A stretch of DNA of 64,000 bases from Dictyostelium discoideum (Eukaryota): assembly GCA_000004695.1 (NCBI GenBank), contig CM000152.2:2208001-2272000 (forward strand). Reading direction: 5' to 3'. Below, one piece after another: positions 37,818-52,364 of this stretch. The notes beneath the pieces are model-generated. The model had not been told where the DNA came from. It searched no databases and was given only the letters and a program-made list of their open reading frames with translations. Positions within the stretch are counted from its first letter, which is position 1, and the number at the start of each line of letters is the position of its first letter. The translations under genes were made by a program, and so were the position numbers.

Positions 37818-39159
37818 GATGATAATCAATTAAATTATTATTTTCCATTAAATTAAATAATTGTAAATGATATGTATGAATTGAATCAACTAAAGTTGAA
37901 AAACTTTTAAATATTTCTCTTTTTTCTTTTTCATGATTTGATTTTAATTTAGCGATTGAAGTTCTAACAATATCTAATTCTTTAATTAAATGATCAATTT
38001 TAATTTGAGTTGATTCTCTTTCTTTTTCAATGATTGCTTTTTGATTTTTTAATTCACTTTGTAAATTGATTAATTCAGATTTCTTTGTTATATAGTTATC
38101 CCTATTCTTTTTAAGTGATTCATCGAGTGATAGTAGATCATCATTAAACTTTCTAATATCTATATCCAATTCATTGATTTGTCTATTTTGATCTTGGTTA
38201 ACTTTAGTAGCCTCTTTTGAGAGTTTTTTAGTGGACTTGTACAGTTTATTCTCCTTTTGATAAGTCTCAACCAATTCAAGAGTGGTGCGAATATTTTTAT
38301 TTATTTTTTCCAATTGTTTGGATTTATTTTGAAGTTTTGACATTGAGGGTTCAAATTCCTTCAAACCCTCTTTTTTAAGTGCCAATTTCTGTTTCATATC
38401 ATATAGCACCTTTTTAATTTTATCGGGTGATGGTACTATCAATACTTGCATTCTCGCGCACTCCTCAATCGTATTCTCAATGGAGGAGATTAAATTAAGG
38501 ATTTCCTGCTTGATTGATTCGTTTTTATTAGTTTTATTCAAGATGATTTTACATTGCTCATTTTGATAATGATTGGCTTGTTTTAAACGCTGATCGTCTT
38601 GTTGGTGTTGTTCTATCAATCCATTTACAATGAGGTCCTTTTCGTGCTTTTTCATCCTTTTATTCTCCAATTCTTCCAATAGTTTTTGTTCTTTTCCAAG
38701 TGTGATATCACGTTTTTCACAATTTGATTTATTTAATTTATCGAGATCAGAGTAGATCGATATCTTTAGTTCCATAAATTTGCCAAGGTTAATTATGCCA
38801 CTAAAGATTTTCTTTACTCTTGCCGCTTTTGGATTGTAGATATCTTTATAGGTGAAATCGAATAGTCCGACCACTTTCATCAGATTTGACATTGCTCTAA
38901 GGAATGTTATCTCTCCAATGGCTCCATCTTGTGTAAATAGTTCAATACCTTGTGTTAACTTATCCATACCATATTGACTGGGATGATGACTCGTTGATTT
39001 ATTATAGCCTGTAAATGTAACTAAAATATTTTCACAAAATTCTCTTATCATTGCTGATGTCGGTCGATTTAATTCTTCCATTGTAAATCTATGTCCCATT
39101 TCATCAAGACTTGTTATTATTTCATCATCTTCTAATATTGGAAAACTATATTTTGACAT
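37750..39159 (-). CDS. nuf2: Kinetochore protein Nuf2 (Ndc80 complex), 469 aa, single exon.
   Basis: The N-terminal CH-like domain is MSKYSFPILEDDEIITSLDEMGHRFTMEELNRPTSAMIREFCENILVTF...AARVKKIFSGIINLGKFME, comparable to human Nuf2 [23 protein letters not shown]...[20 protein letters not shown]. A long coiled coil and a C-terminal poly-Gln follow. The ATG at 39159 sits in A-rich context. Confidence 0.8.
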
Positions 39160-39788
39160 ATTTATTTATTTATTTATTTTATTGTTTTTTTTTTTTTTTT
39201 TAAAATTTAATAAGAAAGAAAAAAAAAAAAAAAAAAAAATTTAAAAAACATTAATTAATTTTCAAAAAAAAAAAAAAAAAAAAAAACAAAATAATAAAAA
39301 TTGGCGGGAAAAAACAATATGTGTAGATTTTTTACCTTTTTTTGTTTTTTTTTATTTTCTTTTTCCTTTTTTTGTTTTTTTTTTTATTTTACTTAATATT
39401 TTACTTTTTAATTTTTAAAATCTATTCTATTAATAATTTAAAAAAAAAAAAAAAAAAAAAAAGTAAAAAACATTTGCTTGAATTTTTGTTTAAGAAAAAG
39501 ATATTTTTTAAAAAAAAAAAGTAGGAGGATTATTACCAATGGCCTTTGTGATCGGCCAAAAGTTTGATGAAAATTTAAAATTAATTTTTTTTATTAAAAT
39601 TAATTTTTTTTTTTTTTTTTTTAAAAAAACAAAAAAAAAAAAAAAAAAAATGAAAATTTGAGATTAAAGTACAAGACCGAATTTGATAGAATTGTTTCTT
39701 TTTTAAAATTTTTTTTTTTTTATATTATTTTTGTGGTGCAGATATTCTTATTATAATCTATATGCCTTTGGTTATAATTTGAAATAGG

Positions 39789-39827
<39 letters not shown>

Positions 39828-40316
39828 AAAATAAAAAAAATAAAATAAAAAATAAAATGATGAGTTTGGTGGGGTATGCTTAGAAAATTAATAAACACAA
39901 GAACACAACTCACTTAAATCTCAAAAAAATAATAATGAATAAATAAAAAAATAAAATAAAAATAATAATAATACCACACCACAATACTATTATTAGTGTT
40001 TTTTTAGTATTCATTTTTAAAAGATTAATAAATGACCTTTTGAATGTGAATTCACACACAACAAAAAAAAAAAAAAAAAAAAAAGAAAAAAATAAAGAAA
40101 AAAAAAAAAAAAAAAATAAAATTAAAATAAAATAAAACAAAATAAAATAAATAGAAACACAAAAAAAAAAAAAAAAAAAAAAACATTGCACTAGAAATTG
40201 TTAAATAATAATAAATAAAACAAATAAAACATAAATAAAATAAACAAATAAAATAAAATAAATAATAGATCCTTTGCAAACATACAACTAACTAATATAA
40301 CATAACAAATTTATGT

Positions 40317-40349
<33 letters not shown>

Positions 40350-40373
40350 TGATATCCATGCCATTTAGTTTTA

Positions 40374-42101
40374 ATGTGGATAGTTGCGGGAGTATGCAGT
40401 GGTGTTGCAATTTTATTATCATTTTACCTTATATATAAACATTTAAGAAATTATACAAACCCAGAATTACAAAAATATATAGTTAGAATATTAATTATGG
40501 TACCGGTATGTATAATACCTAAAAATACTAGTTTAATAATAATAACTAATGCCATAATTAATCAATTTTTTTTTTTTTTTTTTAAAAGATTTATTCAGTA
40601 GATAGTTGGTTATCATTAAGATTTGTAGAGTTAAGTTTATACTTTGATGTTGTTAGAGATACATATGAAGCATATGTATTATATTGTTTTTTTTCACTTA
40701 TTGTAGCATATATAGAAAGAGATTTTGATTTAGTAGAGTTACTTCATAGCAAAGAACCATTACCTCATCCATTTCCTTTAACTTGTTTACCAAAAATTAA
40801 GTTGGATCGTGGTTTCCTTACCAATTGTAAAAGATTTGTTTTACAATTTGTATTCATCAAGCCAATTGTTGCAATCATATCTTTGGTTTTAGAAACTCAA
40901 CATAAATATGGTGAAGGTAAATTTCAAGTTGGAACAGGTTATGTTTGGTTAACAGTCGTTGAAAATATTTCAGTCGGTGTAAGTTGAAAACTACTATTAA
41001 TTTTTTTAAATCCTTTAGGATTTTTACTTTATTTTCAATTGTAATTCTAACTAATCATTTATTTTAATATACACAACATAACATAACATAAAATAACATA
41101 AAATAACATAAAATAACATAAAATAAAATAAAATAAAATAAAATAACATACATACATACATACATACATATAATTCTTATAGTTGAGTTTGTATTTTTTA
41201 GTATTATATTATAAAGCAATGGAGGAAGAATTAAAACCATTTAAACCATTGGGTAAATTTTTATGTATAAAGAGTATTTTGTTTTTCAGGTAAGTCAATT
41301 TTATAATATCAACTAATTCTTTAAGATATGATTTCTTTCTTATTAATTCATTTTAATTTCAATTTTAATTTTAATTTCAATTTCAATTAATAATTTCAAT
41401 TTCAATTAATAATTTCAATTAATAATTTCAATTTCAATTTCAATTTCAATTGATAATTTCAATCTCAATTTCAATTGATAATTTCAATCTCAATTGATAA
41501 TTTCATTTGATAATTTCAATTTCAATTTTCTGTTTCAATTCTCAATCTTTATTTCATTATTAATTTTAATCAATTTATTTTATTTCAATTTAGTTTTTGG
41601 CAAAGTATTGCAATTTCATTTTTAGTATATTTTGGAGTTATATCACCAATTGGTAGTTGGTCTGTTGATAATATATCTTCAGCACTTCAAGATTTTATTA
41701 CTTGTGTGGAAATGGTGATTTTAGCGATTTGTCACCACTTCTTTTTTAATTACCAAGAGTTTAGAGATCCACATAAAGTTCCATTCATTTATGATAAAAC
41801 TACAAAAACATTTTTCAATAACCCAAAAACAAATATTACACCTATAATAAAAGTAAATATCAAAAAAAAAAAAAAAAAAAAAAAAATATGTATATATATA
41901 AAATGATTTACTAATTTTAATTCCTTTTAATAGAATTTTTTTACAAATGTTACAAATATATCAGACGTTATTTCAGATACCAGAGAAACTTTTATTTTAC
42001 CTTTACTATCACCAGATCATCATCATAATCATCCAACTACTAAAAAGAAAGATGAAGAAAGCAATTTATTAGAACCAGAAGATAAAGATATTATAATATA
42101 G
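40374..42101 (+). CDS. TMEM184 / organic-solute-transporter-alpha (DUF300) family membrane protein (about 351 aa). Exons 40374..40505, 40589..40978, 41183..41289, 41594..41852, 41934..42101.
   Basis: Exon 1 is MWIVAGVCSGVAILLSFYLIYKHLRNYTNPELQKYIVRILIMVP|GTATGT. Exon 2 is IYSVDSWLSLRFVELSLYFDVVRDTYEAYVLYCFF..., comparable to human TMEM184 [34 protein letters not shown]. Exon 3 is LSLYFLVLYYKAMEEELKPFKPLGKFLCIKSILFF, comparable to human [35 protein letters not shown]. Exon 4 is SFWQSIAISF...LQDFITCVEMVILAICHHFFF, comparable to human LQDFIICIEMFLAAIAHHY. Exon 5 is ...DKDIII*. All splice phases check. Confidence 0.85.
41075..41165. repeat. Tandem repeat (AACATAAAAT)n/(AAAAT)n/(ACAT)n inside intron 2 of the TMEM184-family gene.
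   Basis: Direct reading: aacataaaataacataaaataacataaaataacataaaataaaataaaataaaataaaataacatacatacatacatacatacata. Confidence 0.85.
41340..41545. repeat. Minisatellite of TTTCAA-based units (aatttcaatttcaattaataatttcaatt...) filling intron 3 of the TMEM184-family gene.
   Basis: Direct reading of about 200 nt of imperfect repeats of caatttcaatt / gataatttcaat units. Confidence 0.85.
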
Positions 42102-42583
42102 TCATTTAATTAGTTGTAAAAATAAATAATAATAAAAAAAAAGAAATAAAAAATAAAAAATAAAAAATTTTATAAATAGGAGCGATTAAGTTTGGAGTAC
42201 TCCTAAGATAATTAGAGTGGAAAGATATAACTTTTTTTTTTTTTTAAAAATAAAAAAAAAAAAAAGACACCAAAACCTGGAAAAAAAAAAAAAAAAAAAA
42301 ACTAAAACCTAGAAAAAAAATCTCAAAATGAAAAAAATAAAAAAAGAATTTTTTTATAAATGTTTTATCTTTTATTTAAAAATAGAATAAATGATAAAAA
42401 AAAAAAACTAAAAAGTTGTAAAAATGAATTATATTTGATAGTACTATTTGATTATGTTTTGAAATAAAAGGGTTTGTATTGATTATTTTTTTTTTCTTTT
42501 TCTTTTTTTAATTTTTTTTTATTATTTTTTTTTTTTATTTTTTTTATTTTTTTTATTTTTTTTACTTTTCCATTTATCCTTTT

Positions 42584-44903
42584 TTAAACTTGAAGTATCT
42601 TCTTTTGAATATGAATTACGTAAGGAGTCTTAATTTGATGAATGTAGGGTACAATAATTTTTACAAGTTTTGCGTGTTGAGTATCATTACTGACGTCCAA
42701 AGCGGTTTGGATCACGAAGTTGGCATATTTATCTTGAAGCAAACTGAGGATATCAGCTTCTGTCAAAGCCTTGATGATCAATTCATAGGTTGGAGTATCA
42801 GCCAATTGTAAACACTTTTCAATGACATTGGAGCTAAACTTTTGGATGGATAATTCAGCAATGTTATCTTTGAGTGAGACAATCAATTTTGAAGAGTAAG
42901 CTTTATTCTTTGAGAGGAGATGTTGAACGACATAGTTGCCAAATTGATCTTGTACCAATTTGAGGGAATGTTCAGTGATTTTATCGACCAATTTCTCTAG
43001 TTGCTCAGGATTGGCATTATCGATACAACGATTGACGACTGTACAGCCAACTTTATGGGTACAAATCTCCTCAATATTACCCATGATTGCATCACAAACA
43101 AATTGATTGACCTCTGGTGAAAATTGTTTCAAAAATGATTGAATCAAGTAGTTACCCTTGTTATCCTTTGATAATTGTATTACCTTACCCTTGATGGAGG
43201 CAATGATGGATTCGACTTGATCGGGTGAGAGGTATTGAAGTAGCTTTTGAATACCATGAATACCATAGACATGACAGGCAAAGGTCTCTACACTTGGAGC
43301 GATTTTGTCGACGATTTGTCTTCTTTGGTTGTTGTCGCAATATTTCATCAATTGTGGAATCAAGTATTGACCATATGGATCGATCATCAATTCGTTCAAA
43401 TGATCAAATACCTCGTTGAAAATCAATGTTACATGTTCAGAGTCTGGTTTCTCTTCCAATTTCTTTTGAAGGAATCTACAACCAGCTTGATACTTGGTAA
43501 GATGATAGATTTGACCAGTGATCTCTTCCAAACTTGTACACTTTGGATCTTGATTGTTCAATCCAATTGAACTCATTGATACTGATTTGGTCATTGGTTT
43601 TCTTGGTTGATGGTCGGTTGATTTCTTTGTTGGTGAAACAGAATCATCCTTTGTGCTAGAACCATTCATTCCACTTCCAATGTTACCAAGTGAAGAGTAA
43701 ACGTTGGTATTAATTTTGCCACCTGATAAATTTGGTAATCCAGTGGAGATTGAGTTGGCAGATGAACTTAAACTACCATTGTTTGGTTTAATGTTACTAA
43801 AACTTATATTACTGTTACTATAGTTGTTATTATTATTATTATTATTACTAGCAAGGTTTGGTTTATTTGGTGATTTTAATGATTCGCCATTTAATTTACC
43901 GGCGATTACTGGCATCGATGGTGATTTTTTCATTTTACCTCCACTTGGTTGGAATGATGTTGGTGTAGTGGTTGTGGTTGTGGTTGATGGTGAAGTTGAT
44001 GATAATGGTGTGGTGGTTGTAGTTGATGGAGATACAATATTGCTTGATGTATTTGGTGAAGATTCGTTTGAAAAACCTGGTGGGATTATTGAAGTTAATC
44101 CACTACCAGATGTATTTAATTTTCTTGGAGATTTGAATGGGGCTTGTGTATTTGGTGTTGTATTAGTAGATGTTGCTGGTGATGAGGTAGATGATGAAGT
44201 TGATATTGAACCACCAGATGAATTTAATGAGGATGGTGTAGAAGATGATGATGGATGTCCAATTGGTTGTTGTTGTTGTTGTGTTTGTTGTTGTGATGAT
44301 AATGGTAAAACTGGAATTGATGGAACAGATTCAACCTTTCTTGGAGATCTTAATGGTGGAAGTGATCCTGAAATTGAAGAATTTGCTGCATGTGTTGAAA
44401 AAAATGAATTTAATGGTGTAGGTGACATTTGTGATGGTTCAACATCTCCTAAAAAAACAAAATTTTGAATTGGTCCTCCAATATCTGGTATTCTTTTTTG
44501 ATTGTAATCATCTAAAAAAAATTTATTTTTTAATTAGTAAAAAAAAAAAAAAAATTAAAAAATTAAAAAAATAAAATAATTTACATACCAACTAAAAATG
44601 ATTTACCAAGATTAGATTCAGAGAATACCATTCTCATCATACTCATTAAATTATCATCTTTTGAATTTACAATGATTGATTTTAATCTTTGGATAATTCC
44701 TCTATATTCGTGTGTTTGGTTATTTTCCAAATCGATATTGTTGTTGAATAATTCACCACCACCTAAATGAGGTGCACCAATTGGTTGTTGTGGTTGCATT
44801 ATATTTTGTGAAAATTCTTTTGTTTTGTTTTTATCAAATTTTTTTAAAAAATCTATTATCGATGAATGAAAAAAAAATATTTGAAAAATAATTTTTTGTT
44901 TTT

Positions 44904-44941
<38 letters not shown>

Positions 44942-45245
44942 TTCATAAATGTGTGTTAAGTTGTGGTGTGTGTGAATGTATGTGTTTAATTAAAAAAATA
45001 TATATTTATAAAATTATTGGTATTAGTATTTATATTTAATTTATAAATAATATTTCAATCAATCATTGAGTTATATTATTAGACATACCTGATGTATAAA
45101 CTATTTTTTGCTTTCTATCTGAATCATCAAAACCAGTATTGTTGTTATCATCTTGCAAACTTGCAGATGAAAAGTTTTGAATGTTTGGACTTTCAGTTTT
45201 ATTGTTTAAAACTTCTGTCATTGCGAAAAAAAACCTAGGATCCAT
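42584..45245 (-). CDS. Pumilio-family (PUF) RNA-binding protein (about 780 aa). Exons 45089..45245, 44589..44852 and 42584..44511.
   Basis: The C-terminal about 330 aa hold 8 Puf repeats, for example GQIYHLTKYQAGCRFLQKKLEE, FNEVFDHLNELMIDPYGQYLIPQLMKYC, GNYLIQSFL and QFGNYVVQHLL. Upstream is an S/T/N-rich region. Exon 1 is MDPRFFFAMTEVLNNKTESPNIQNF...IVYTSG|GTATGT (an in-frame stop lies just upstream of the ATG). Exon 2 (acceptor aatAG at 44853-54) is DFLKKFDKNKTKEFSQNIMQPQQPIGAPHLGGGELFNNNIDLENNQTHEYRGIIQRLKSIIVNSKDDNLMSMMRMVFSESNLGKSFLV|GTATGT. Exon 3 (acceptor ttttAG at 44512-13) is DDYNQKRIPDIGGPIQNFVFLGDVEPSQMSPTPLNS..., running to the stop at 42584. Phases check. Confidence 0.8.
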
Positions 45246-45542
45246 AAAATTATAATATTGAATATTTGTGTTTGATGATGAAGTGTTGGTTGTTGATGTT
45301 ATTTTTGAAAATATTTATTATATTAATAAAATTATTAATATAATTATCTTTTTTTTTTTTTTTTTTTAACAATAGGAAGAATTAAAAAAAAAAAATAAAA
45401 ATAAAAATAATAAAATAAAATAAAAAATAATAAAATTTTATAAACAAGAATGATATTGTAGCAGGGTTGTAGTGGTAATAAAATGAAAGGGGGTGTTGTA
45501 ATTTATTCTTTTAAAAATTTAAAAAATAGAATTGTAATGGTG

Positions 45543-45575
<33 letters not shown>

Positions 45576-45959
45576 AAATTATGAAATTATAGTAATTGGA
45601 ATATTATTAAACAAATGTATTATTATTTTTATTATTTATATAAAAAAAAAAAATAATGAAAAAAAAATAAAAAATAAAAAAAAATAAAAAAAAAAAAGGT
45701 ATGAAAATTTTGAGACAATGCCAAAATATTTAAATATCTGAGTTATCTAAAATGAAAAAAAAAAAAATGAAAAAATCTATTTTTGATTATTTTTGGGAAA
45801 AAAAAAAAAAATAAAATAAAATTATTTTTGCTATGAAATCAAGTTATTATTATTTTTATATATGATAATATTATAGGAAGTAATTTTATAAAATAGTAAT
45901 AATAATATTGTTGTTGTTGTAGTTGTTGTTCTTTTTATAATTGATTATTGTTATTTTGA

Positions 45960-45993
<34 letters not shown>

Positions 45994-46002
45994 ATTTTAT
46001 AA

Positions 46003-46039
<37 letters not shown>

Positions 46040-46244
46040 TAATTTTAATTTTTAAAATTCTTTTTACCAACACAACAATTTAGTTTTTATATTTAATTAT
46101 TATTATTAATAATATTTAAAAATACTTTTTAATATGTAAAGTAAAAATAAAAGAAAAATTGGGTATATGGTTTGATGGCACAATTTTAAAAAATAATAAA
46201 AAAAAAACCACACACAGTACATAAACAAAAATGTGGAATATATA

Positions 46245-46400
46245 TATTTGGATTAAGGTGGTGGTGTTTATGTGTGAGTGTTGTTTTGAACGAAAGTTGA
46301 CTAAAAGAATAAATTTTTAAATTTATGTGGGTGTGTTTGTTTTTTTCATTTTCTATTTTAAAATAACGTGGGGTGGGGGTTTATTTTTTTAATGTGGTTA
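46245..46400. promoter_or_regulatory. GT-rich block (aaggtggtggtgtttatgtgtgagtgttg ... tatgtgggtgtgtttgttt ... acgtggggtgggggttt) about 1 kb upstream of the PUF gene. It reads CA-rich on the PUF sense strand.
   Basis: Direct reading. The composition is like the 2281-2480 block. Confidence 0.3.
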
Positions 46401-46696
46401 AATAACAATAAAATCTAAAGGTGCGTGTTATTTAAATAATTTTGAAGGGTGGTCATAATTTTAAATTAAGCCAAATTTCACCAATGAACACATATAATAT
46501 ATATCAAGTATGAATGTGTTAAATTTTAATTTTATAAAAAAACACGATAGCAAACAAATGAGATGGTTTGTTATTAAAAATATAGATTTGGAAGAAAAAT
46601 TATGATTTTATTTAAAACAACACAATTGAAAATAAAAAAAATAAAATAAAATAAAATTAAATTAAAGTGACTTTTTTTTTAATACATATATGTGAT

Positions 46697-46739
<43 letters not shown>

Positions 46740-46951
46740 CTTTTGTTGCAAAAAGGATACATTATTATATAAAATAAAATAAAATAAAAAAAAAGAGAAC
46801 CACAAAATTTTTATAAAACCGAAAAGAAACAATGAAATATATTTCAAGTAATATATACTTTTAGATTTAATTATTTAATTATTACAAAATTTTTTTTTTT
46901 TTTTTTTGTTTTTGTTTTTGTTTTTGTTTTTTAAAAAAAAAAATAAAATAA

Positions 46952-47009
<58 letters not shown>

Positions 47010-49246
47010 CAAAAAATGATAATCTAGATTATCATTATCATTATTATACATACCAATTGTTATTATGTTAGAGAAAAAAAAAAAACTATTGATTAAATAA
47101 TAATTTTATTTGCTATGGAAATAAATTATTACTATGATTATATAATAATATCGGATTATTTTTTATACTGATAAATTTGAAATTATTCTTTTTTTTTTTT
47201 TTTTTTTTTTGTTTTGTTTTGTTGTTTTTGTTTTTTTTTAAAAAAAAAAAAAAATTATATTTCTTGTTGTAATGTTAATTTCAAGATTATATTTATTGGT
47301 ATATTATTATATTTATTATTATTATTGTTGTTGTTATTGTTGTTATTATAAATTTTTATTTTATTGATTTTATTTGATTGTTATTATTGTTATAATTATA
47401 TTACTAAAATGGAGCTTTTTTCACTTCAATTATTATTATTACTTTAATATTATTATTATTATTATTGTTATATTACTTTAGGTTGATTTATTATTATTAT
47501 TATTATTATTGTTATTATTGTTATTGTTATTATTATTATTTCTAAAAAACTGAAAACTATATTAAAAAAAAAAAAAGGTATAAATGTTTGAGTATTTGAA
47601 TGTACAAAAAAAATTAATTAAAAAGAAAAAAAAAAAAAAATTTAAAATTTATTATAAAAAAAAAAAAAAAAAAAAAATTAATTTTTTAAAAAACTTTTCT
47701 TTTCCAATGTTTTTTTTTTTTTGTTTTTCCTTTTTTGGATCTTTTGTTGAAGAGATTTTTATTTGGGGAAAAAATTTAAAAAAAATTATAATTTTATAAA
47801 AAAAAATAAATAAACCTTTTGTCTTTTTCATCAATGTAACTAAACCCCTTTGTTCATTGGATAAAATTGTTGGCTATAAAAAAAGTTTTTTTTTAATTTT
47901 TTTTTTTTTTTTTTTTTTAAATTAAATCATCACTTGAGTATACAGATTGAATTTTTCCCAAAAAAAAAAAAAATAATTAAAAAAAAAAAAATAATTAAAA
48001 AAAAAAAAATAAAAATAAAAAAAATGTGAAATTGTAAAAAGACCTTTTTAGTAAATTTAAAACATACCTTTTTATATATTTGACAAAGTGTTTTGAGGGG
48101 ATAATATAAAATTTAGAAGATTTGATTTCGTAAAAAACAGCAGTGTGTGATGAAAAATCAATTTTGTGTCTGTGGTGTGAAAATTTTTTTTTTTTTTTTA
48201 ATATATTTATGAGAATTGGTATAAATAAAATTAAAATTTTTTAAAAAAAAAAAAAAAATTAATAAATATTGTTTATATAAAAAAAAAAAAAAATTTAAAA
48301 ATTAAAAAAAATAGTAAATAAAATAGTAAAATTTAAAAATAAAAGTAAGATAGTAATGGTATTTAAATGGTATTTGTACAATGAAATTAAAAAAATGATT
48401 TTTTTTTTTTTTTTTTTATAATAAAAAAAAAAAAAAACACTATTGTTAAAGTAGATTTTTTCAAAAAAAAAAAAAAAATTTTATTTTTGATTTTTTTATT
48501 TTTTTTTTTTTTAATTTTTTTTTAATTTTTTTTTTTTTTTTTTTACAAAAACAATCTTCGCCTCGTTTTGAATCGATAACATTTATTTGAAAAACAAAGG
48601 ACTGTTTCATATTGAGGTGGTTTTTTTTTTTTTGATTTTTTTTTTTTTTTTTTTTCGCCTGTCTTCATATGAAAATAAATATTTTTTCCTTTAAAACTAT
48701 TTTAAGTGCAAACATCATGGATGTGTGTGCGTGTTATTTTTAGGTTATTTTTGTTTGGTTATTGAACTAATTATAGGAATGAAATGGTTTTTTATTATTT
48801 TATTTTAAACTAATCTAATTTTATATCCACTTATTTTTTTCATTGGTTTGTATTTTTAACACATTTAAAATTTTTTTTAGCAAAAATTAAATAAAAGAAG
48901 ATTTAAATCAGCTGATAAAAAAAAAAAAAAAAGGTTTATTTTTTAATTTCTAATTTTTTATTTTTTTTATTTTTTTACCTGTTTGGTTTTAATGATTTCT
49001 TATAATTTTTTTTTTTTTTTTTTTTTTTAATTTATTATTTTTTTTTATTTTAATTATTTTTTTATTTTTTTATTTTTTTTATTTTTTACCTGTTTCGTTT
49101 GACGATTTCTTATTATTTATAATTTTTTTTTTTTTTATTATTATTTTTTTTTTTTTCAATCTTTTTTTTTTTTTTTTTTTTTTTTGAGATATTTAAAAAA
49201 AAAAAAAAAGAAAATTTAAAATTAATTAAAATGAAAAAATGATAAA

Positions 49247-49826
49247 TTAACCATCAACTTTTAATTTTTTATTTTGATTTTCGGCTTCGTTGTTATTATC
49301 GCTTAGGATACTAATAATAGGTTGAGGATTGGAATTTAATTGACTACTATCTCTTTTGAGAGAGGATGTTGGTGATAATAGTGAGGAAGAAGAGGAAGAA
49401 GAAGAAGTTGGGGAAGAAGTAGGTGAAACCTGTTTCTCATCAATAACACATTTAACATGAATAATTTTTTTAGTTTTATTATCAATTTGAACTCCTCTAT
49501 ACATCCAATCCTCCGACTCTCCATCCCAAAACTTTTCAAACTTTTCTCTACATACTGGACAACTTGTTTGATCATCATCAGCAACCAATGTTGGCTCGAT
49601 CTTTACTTCAACTTCTTTTTTGGTATCATTAAAAAATGGAATTGCTAATTATTATTATTATTATTTTTTTTTTTTCCAATTACAAAATTTTAAAAATAAT
49701 TTAAATTTAAATATAAATAGAATATTAAAGATATTAAAATAATAAGGGCATAAAATTTTAAAATAATTTAAATATAAATATAAATAGAAATATTAAAATA
49801 ATAAATATAAATTTTAAAAATAATAT

Positions 49827-49865
<39 letters not shown>

Positions 49866-50303
49866 AAAGTATTAGTTTCAAAAATTTATTTTTAATATTA
49901 TTATTATTAATTGTTAATTGTTAATTATTACTTACAAGGTTGCTCAGAGATATCGATGGATGGATCAAATTTAAAACCTATCCAAGATTCTTCTGGTAAA
50001 TACCAAGCTCTTGACATTGGATGTTTAGCACGTTTCTTTATTCTTTGATTGACTTTATAATGATGGTCCATGTGTTGATCCATTTTGTCTTGAGTTTTAA
50101 ATCTAGCTGAACATGTTTTACATTGCAATGGATAACCTTTATAAAGATCTTCATATAAACTATATTCACTCCTTTAATATATCAATTTTAAATAAAATTA
50201 AATAAATAAATAATATTAAAAAAAAAATTAAAAAAAAATTAATATATGGGTTGTATTAAAAATAAATAGTGTAAATAAGATTTGTCTTTTTCTCTTTCCC
50301 TTT

Positions 50304-50340
<37 letters not shown>

Positions 50341-50572
50341 AGATTTACCAAAAAAAAAAAAAATAAAATAAAAAAAAAAGAGGAAAAAAAAAGAAAAAAA
50401 AAAAGTAAAGAATAGTGATACACATATTATATATATATGAATGAAAATATGCAAAAATAAATACTTTTTATTATCAATTGATCCAGATTTGTTGAAATTT
50501 GATTCAATTGACAAAGGGGATTGAGAAGGAGACATTGATGATCTAAGGTTATTATTATTATTATTGTTGTTA

Positions 50573-50664
<92 letters not shown>

Positions 50665-52333
50665 ATTGATATTATTCATCATTGGTAAATTTGTTGATAG
50701 TTTTGGCTCGCCTAATTGATATTTATCTTGAAGTACTTTAAAATCAATTTTAAGTTTATTATATTGTTGTGGGGTATGTGGACCTTTAAACAAAGTGTTT
50801 TTAAGTTGTTGAAGGTAATTTTTTAATTCGTCAATTCCACTCTTCTCAGATGGTAGTCCTTCAAAAAACTCAATCAATGAAAAGAAATAATTTTGATCCA
50901 AAGTAATTTGTTGTGTATTGATGATTTGTTGAGGTTGTTGTTGAGGTGGTGTTATTTGTGACAATGGTGGAGATTGTGTTGCCTTTGGTATCATTGGGAA
51001 ATTAATATTTGCAATACTTGCAAAATATGATGGAATTGGGCTATTGTTACCTTTATTAAAATTATTATCCATATTTGGTGAATTATTATTGTTTGGGTTA
51101 TTCATATTAAACATATTATTATTATTATTATTCATATTATTATTATTATTCATATTATTATTATTATTATTCATATTATTAATATTATTATTCATATTAT
51201 TATGATTATGATGATTATGATTATGATTATTCATATTATTGGGCATATTTTGATTATAAAAGTTATTTGGCATATTATTGTTATTGTTGTTGTTGAGGTT
51301 CATTGAATTCATTCCTTGGTTTCTATTCATGATATTTTGATTATTATTCATATTGTTCATGATATTTTGATTATTGTTCATCATTCTATTGTTGTTCATA
51401 TTGTTCATCATGTTTTGATTATTGTTCATCATATTCATATTGTTCATATTACCCATATTATTCATTCCATTCATCATATTCATATTATTGTTATTATTAT
51501 TCATACCGTTCATACCGTTCATATTATTCATCATATTATTATTATTATTGTTATTGTTATTATTCATATTGTTATTATTATTAAATCCAAAATTTTGAGG
51601 AGCGCTTCCTTTAAATCTTGGATCGATTGGTTGTGGTTGTTGATGAAAGTTTGGATTACCTTGCATTTGATTTTGAGTGTTGAATGGTCTTTGTTGTTGG
51701 TTTGGGTTATTATTACCTTGGTTTTGGAATGGTGGTTGTTGTTGTTGTTGATTAATGGATGGTCTTTGTTGTTGATTTGGATTACCTTGGAAATTAACTT
51801 GGTGTTGAGGGGTTGGACTAACTCTATTTTGAAGTTGTTGTTGTTGTTGCATTGGTTGTTGTTGTTGTTGTTGTTGAATTGGCTGTTGTTGTGTTGGCTG
51901 TTGGTAGGTTGGTTTATTTGAAGTAGGGAGTGGTCTGCTACTAGTGCTGCTACTGGTGCTAGTGTTGTTGCTACCACTTTGCTTTTTTGGGAACATAATA
52001 GCAATTCTTTCAAATTCACTTGAAAGTTGTTGTTGAATTTGAGTTAAAAGAGCAGAATTGACCAAGGATCTTTCTTTCCAAATATTATAAAGGTTTAACA
52101 TTGATGACTTGGTTTGATCGTCAAAGCCTTGGAATGAGCTTACATAGATATCGACAATATTCTTTGAAAATATGGAATTGTAAACTTTGCTAACATTTTT
52201 ATTCAACGAGTCTAAAAGGTAAATTGAACATAATTTTGTTTTTGGTAATGCACTCTAAATGAATTTTAAAAAATTATAAAATTAAAAAAAAAAAAAAAAA
52301 ACATAAAATAAAATAAAAAATTAAAATAGAGAG

Positions 52334-52364
<31 letters not shown>

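Noticed and set aside
43225-44468. Plus-strand ORFs up to 214 aa opposite the PUF gene, and ORFs 51316..52019 opposite pcf11.
   Set aside because: They are antisense to the S/T/N/Q-rich low-complexity coding repeats of bona fide genes, which leaves the complementary strand open.
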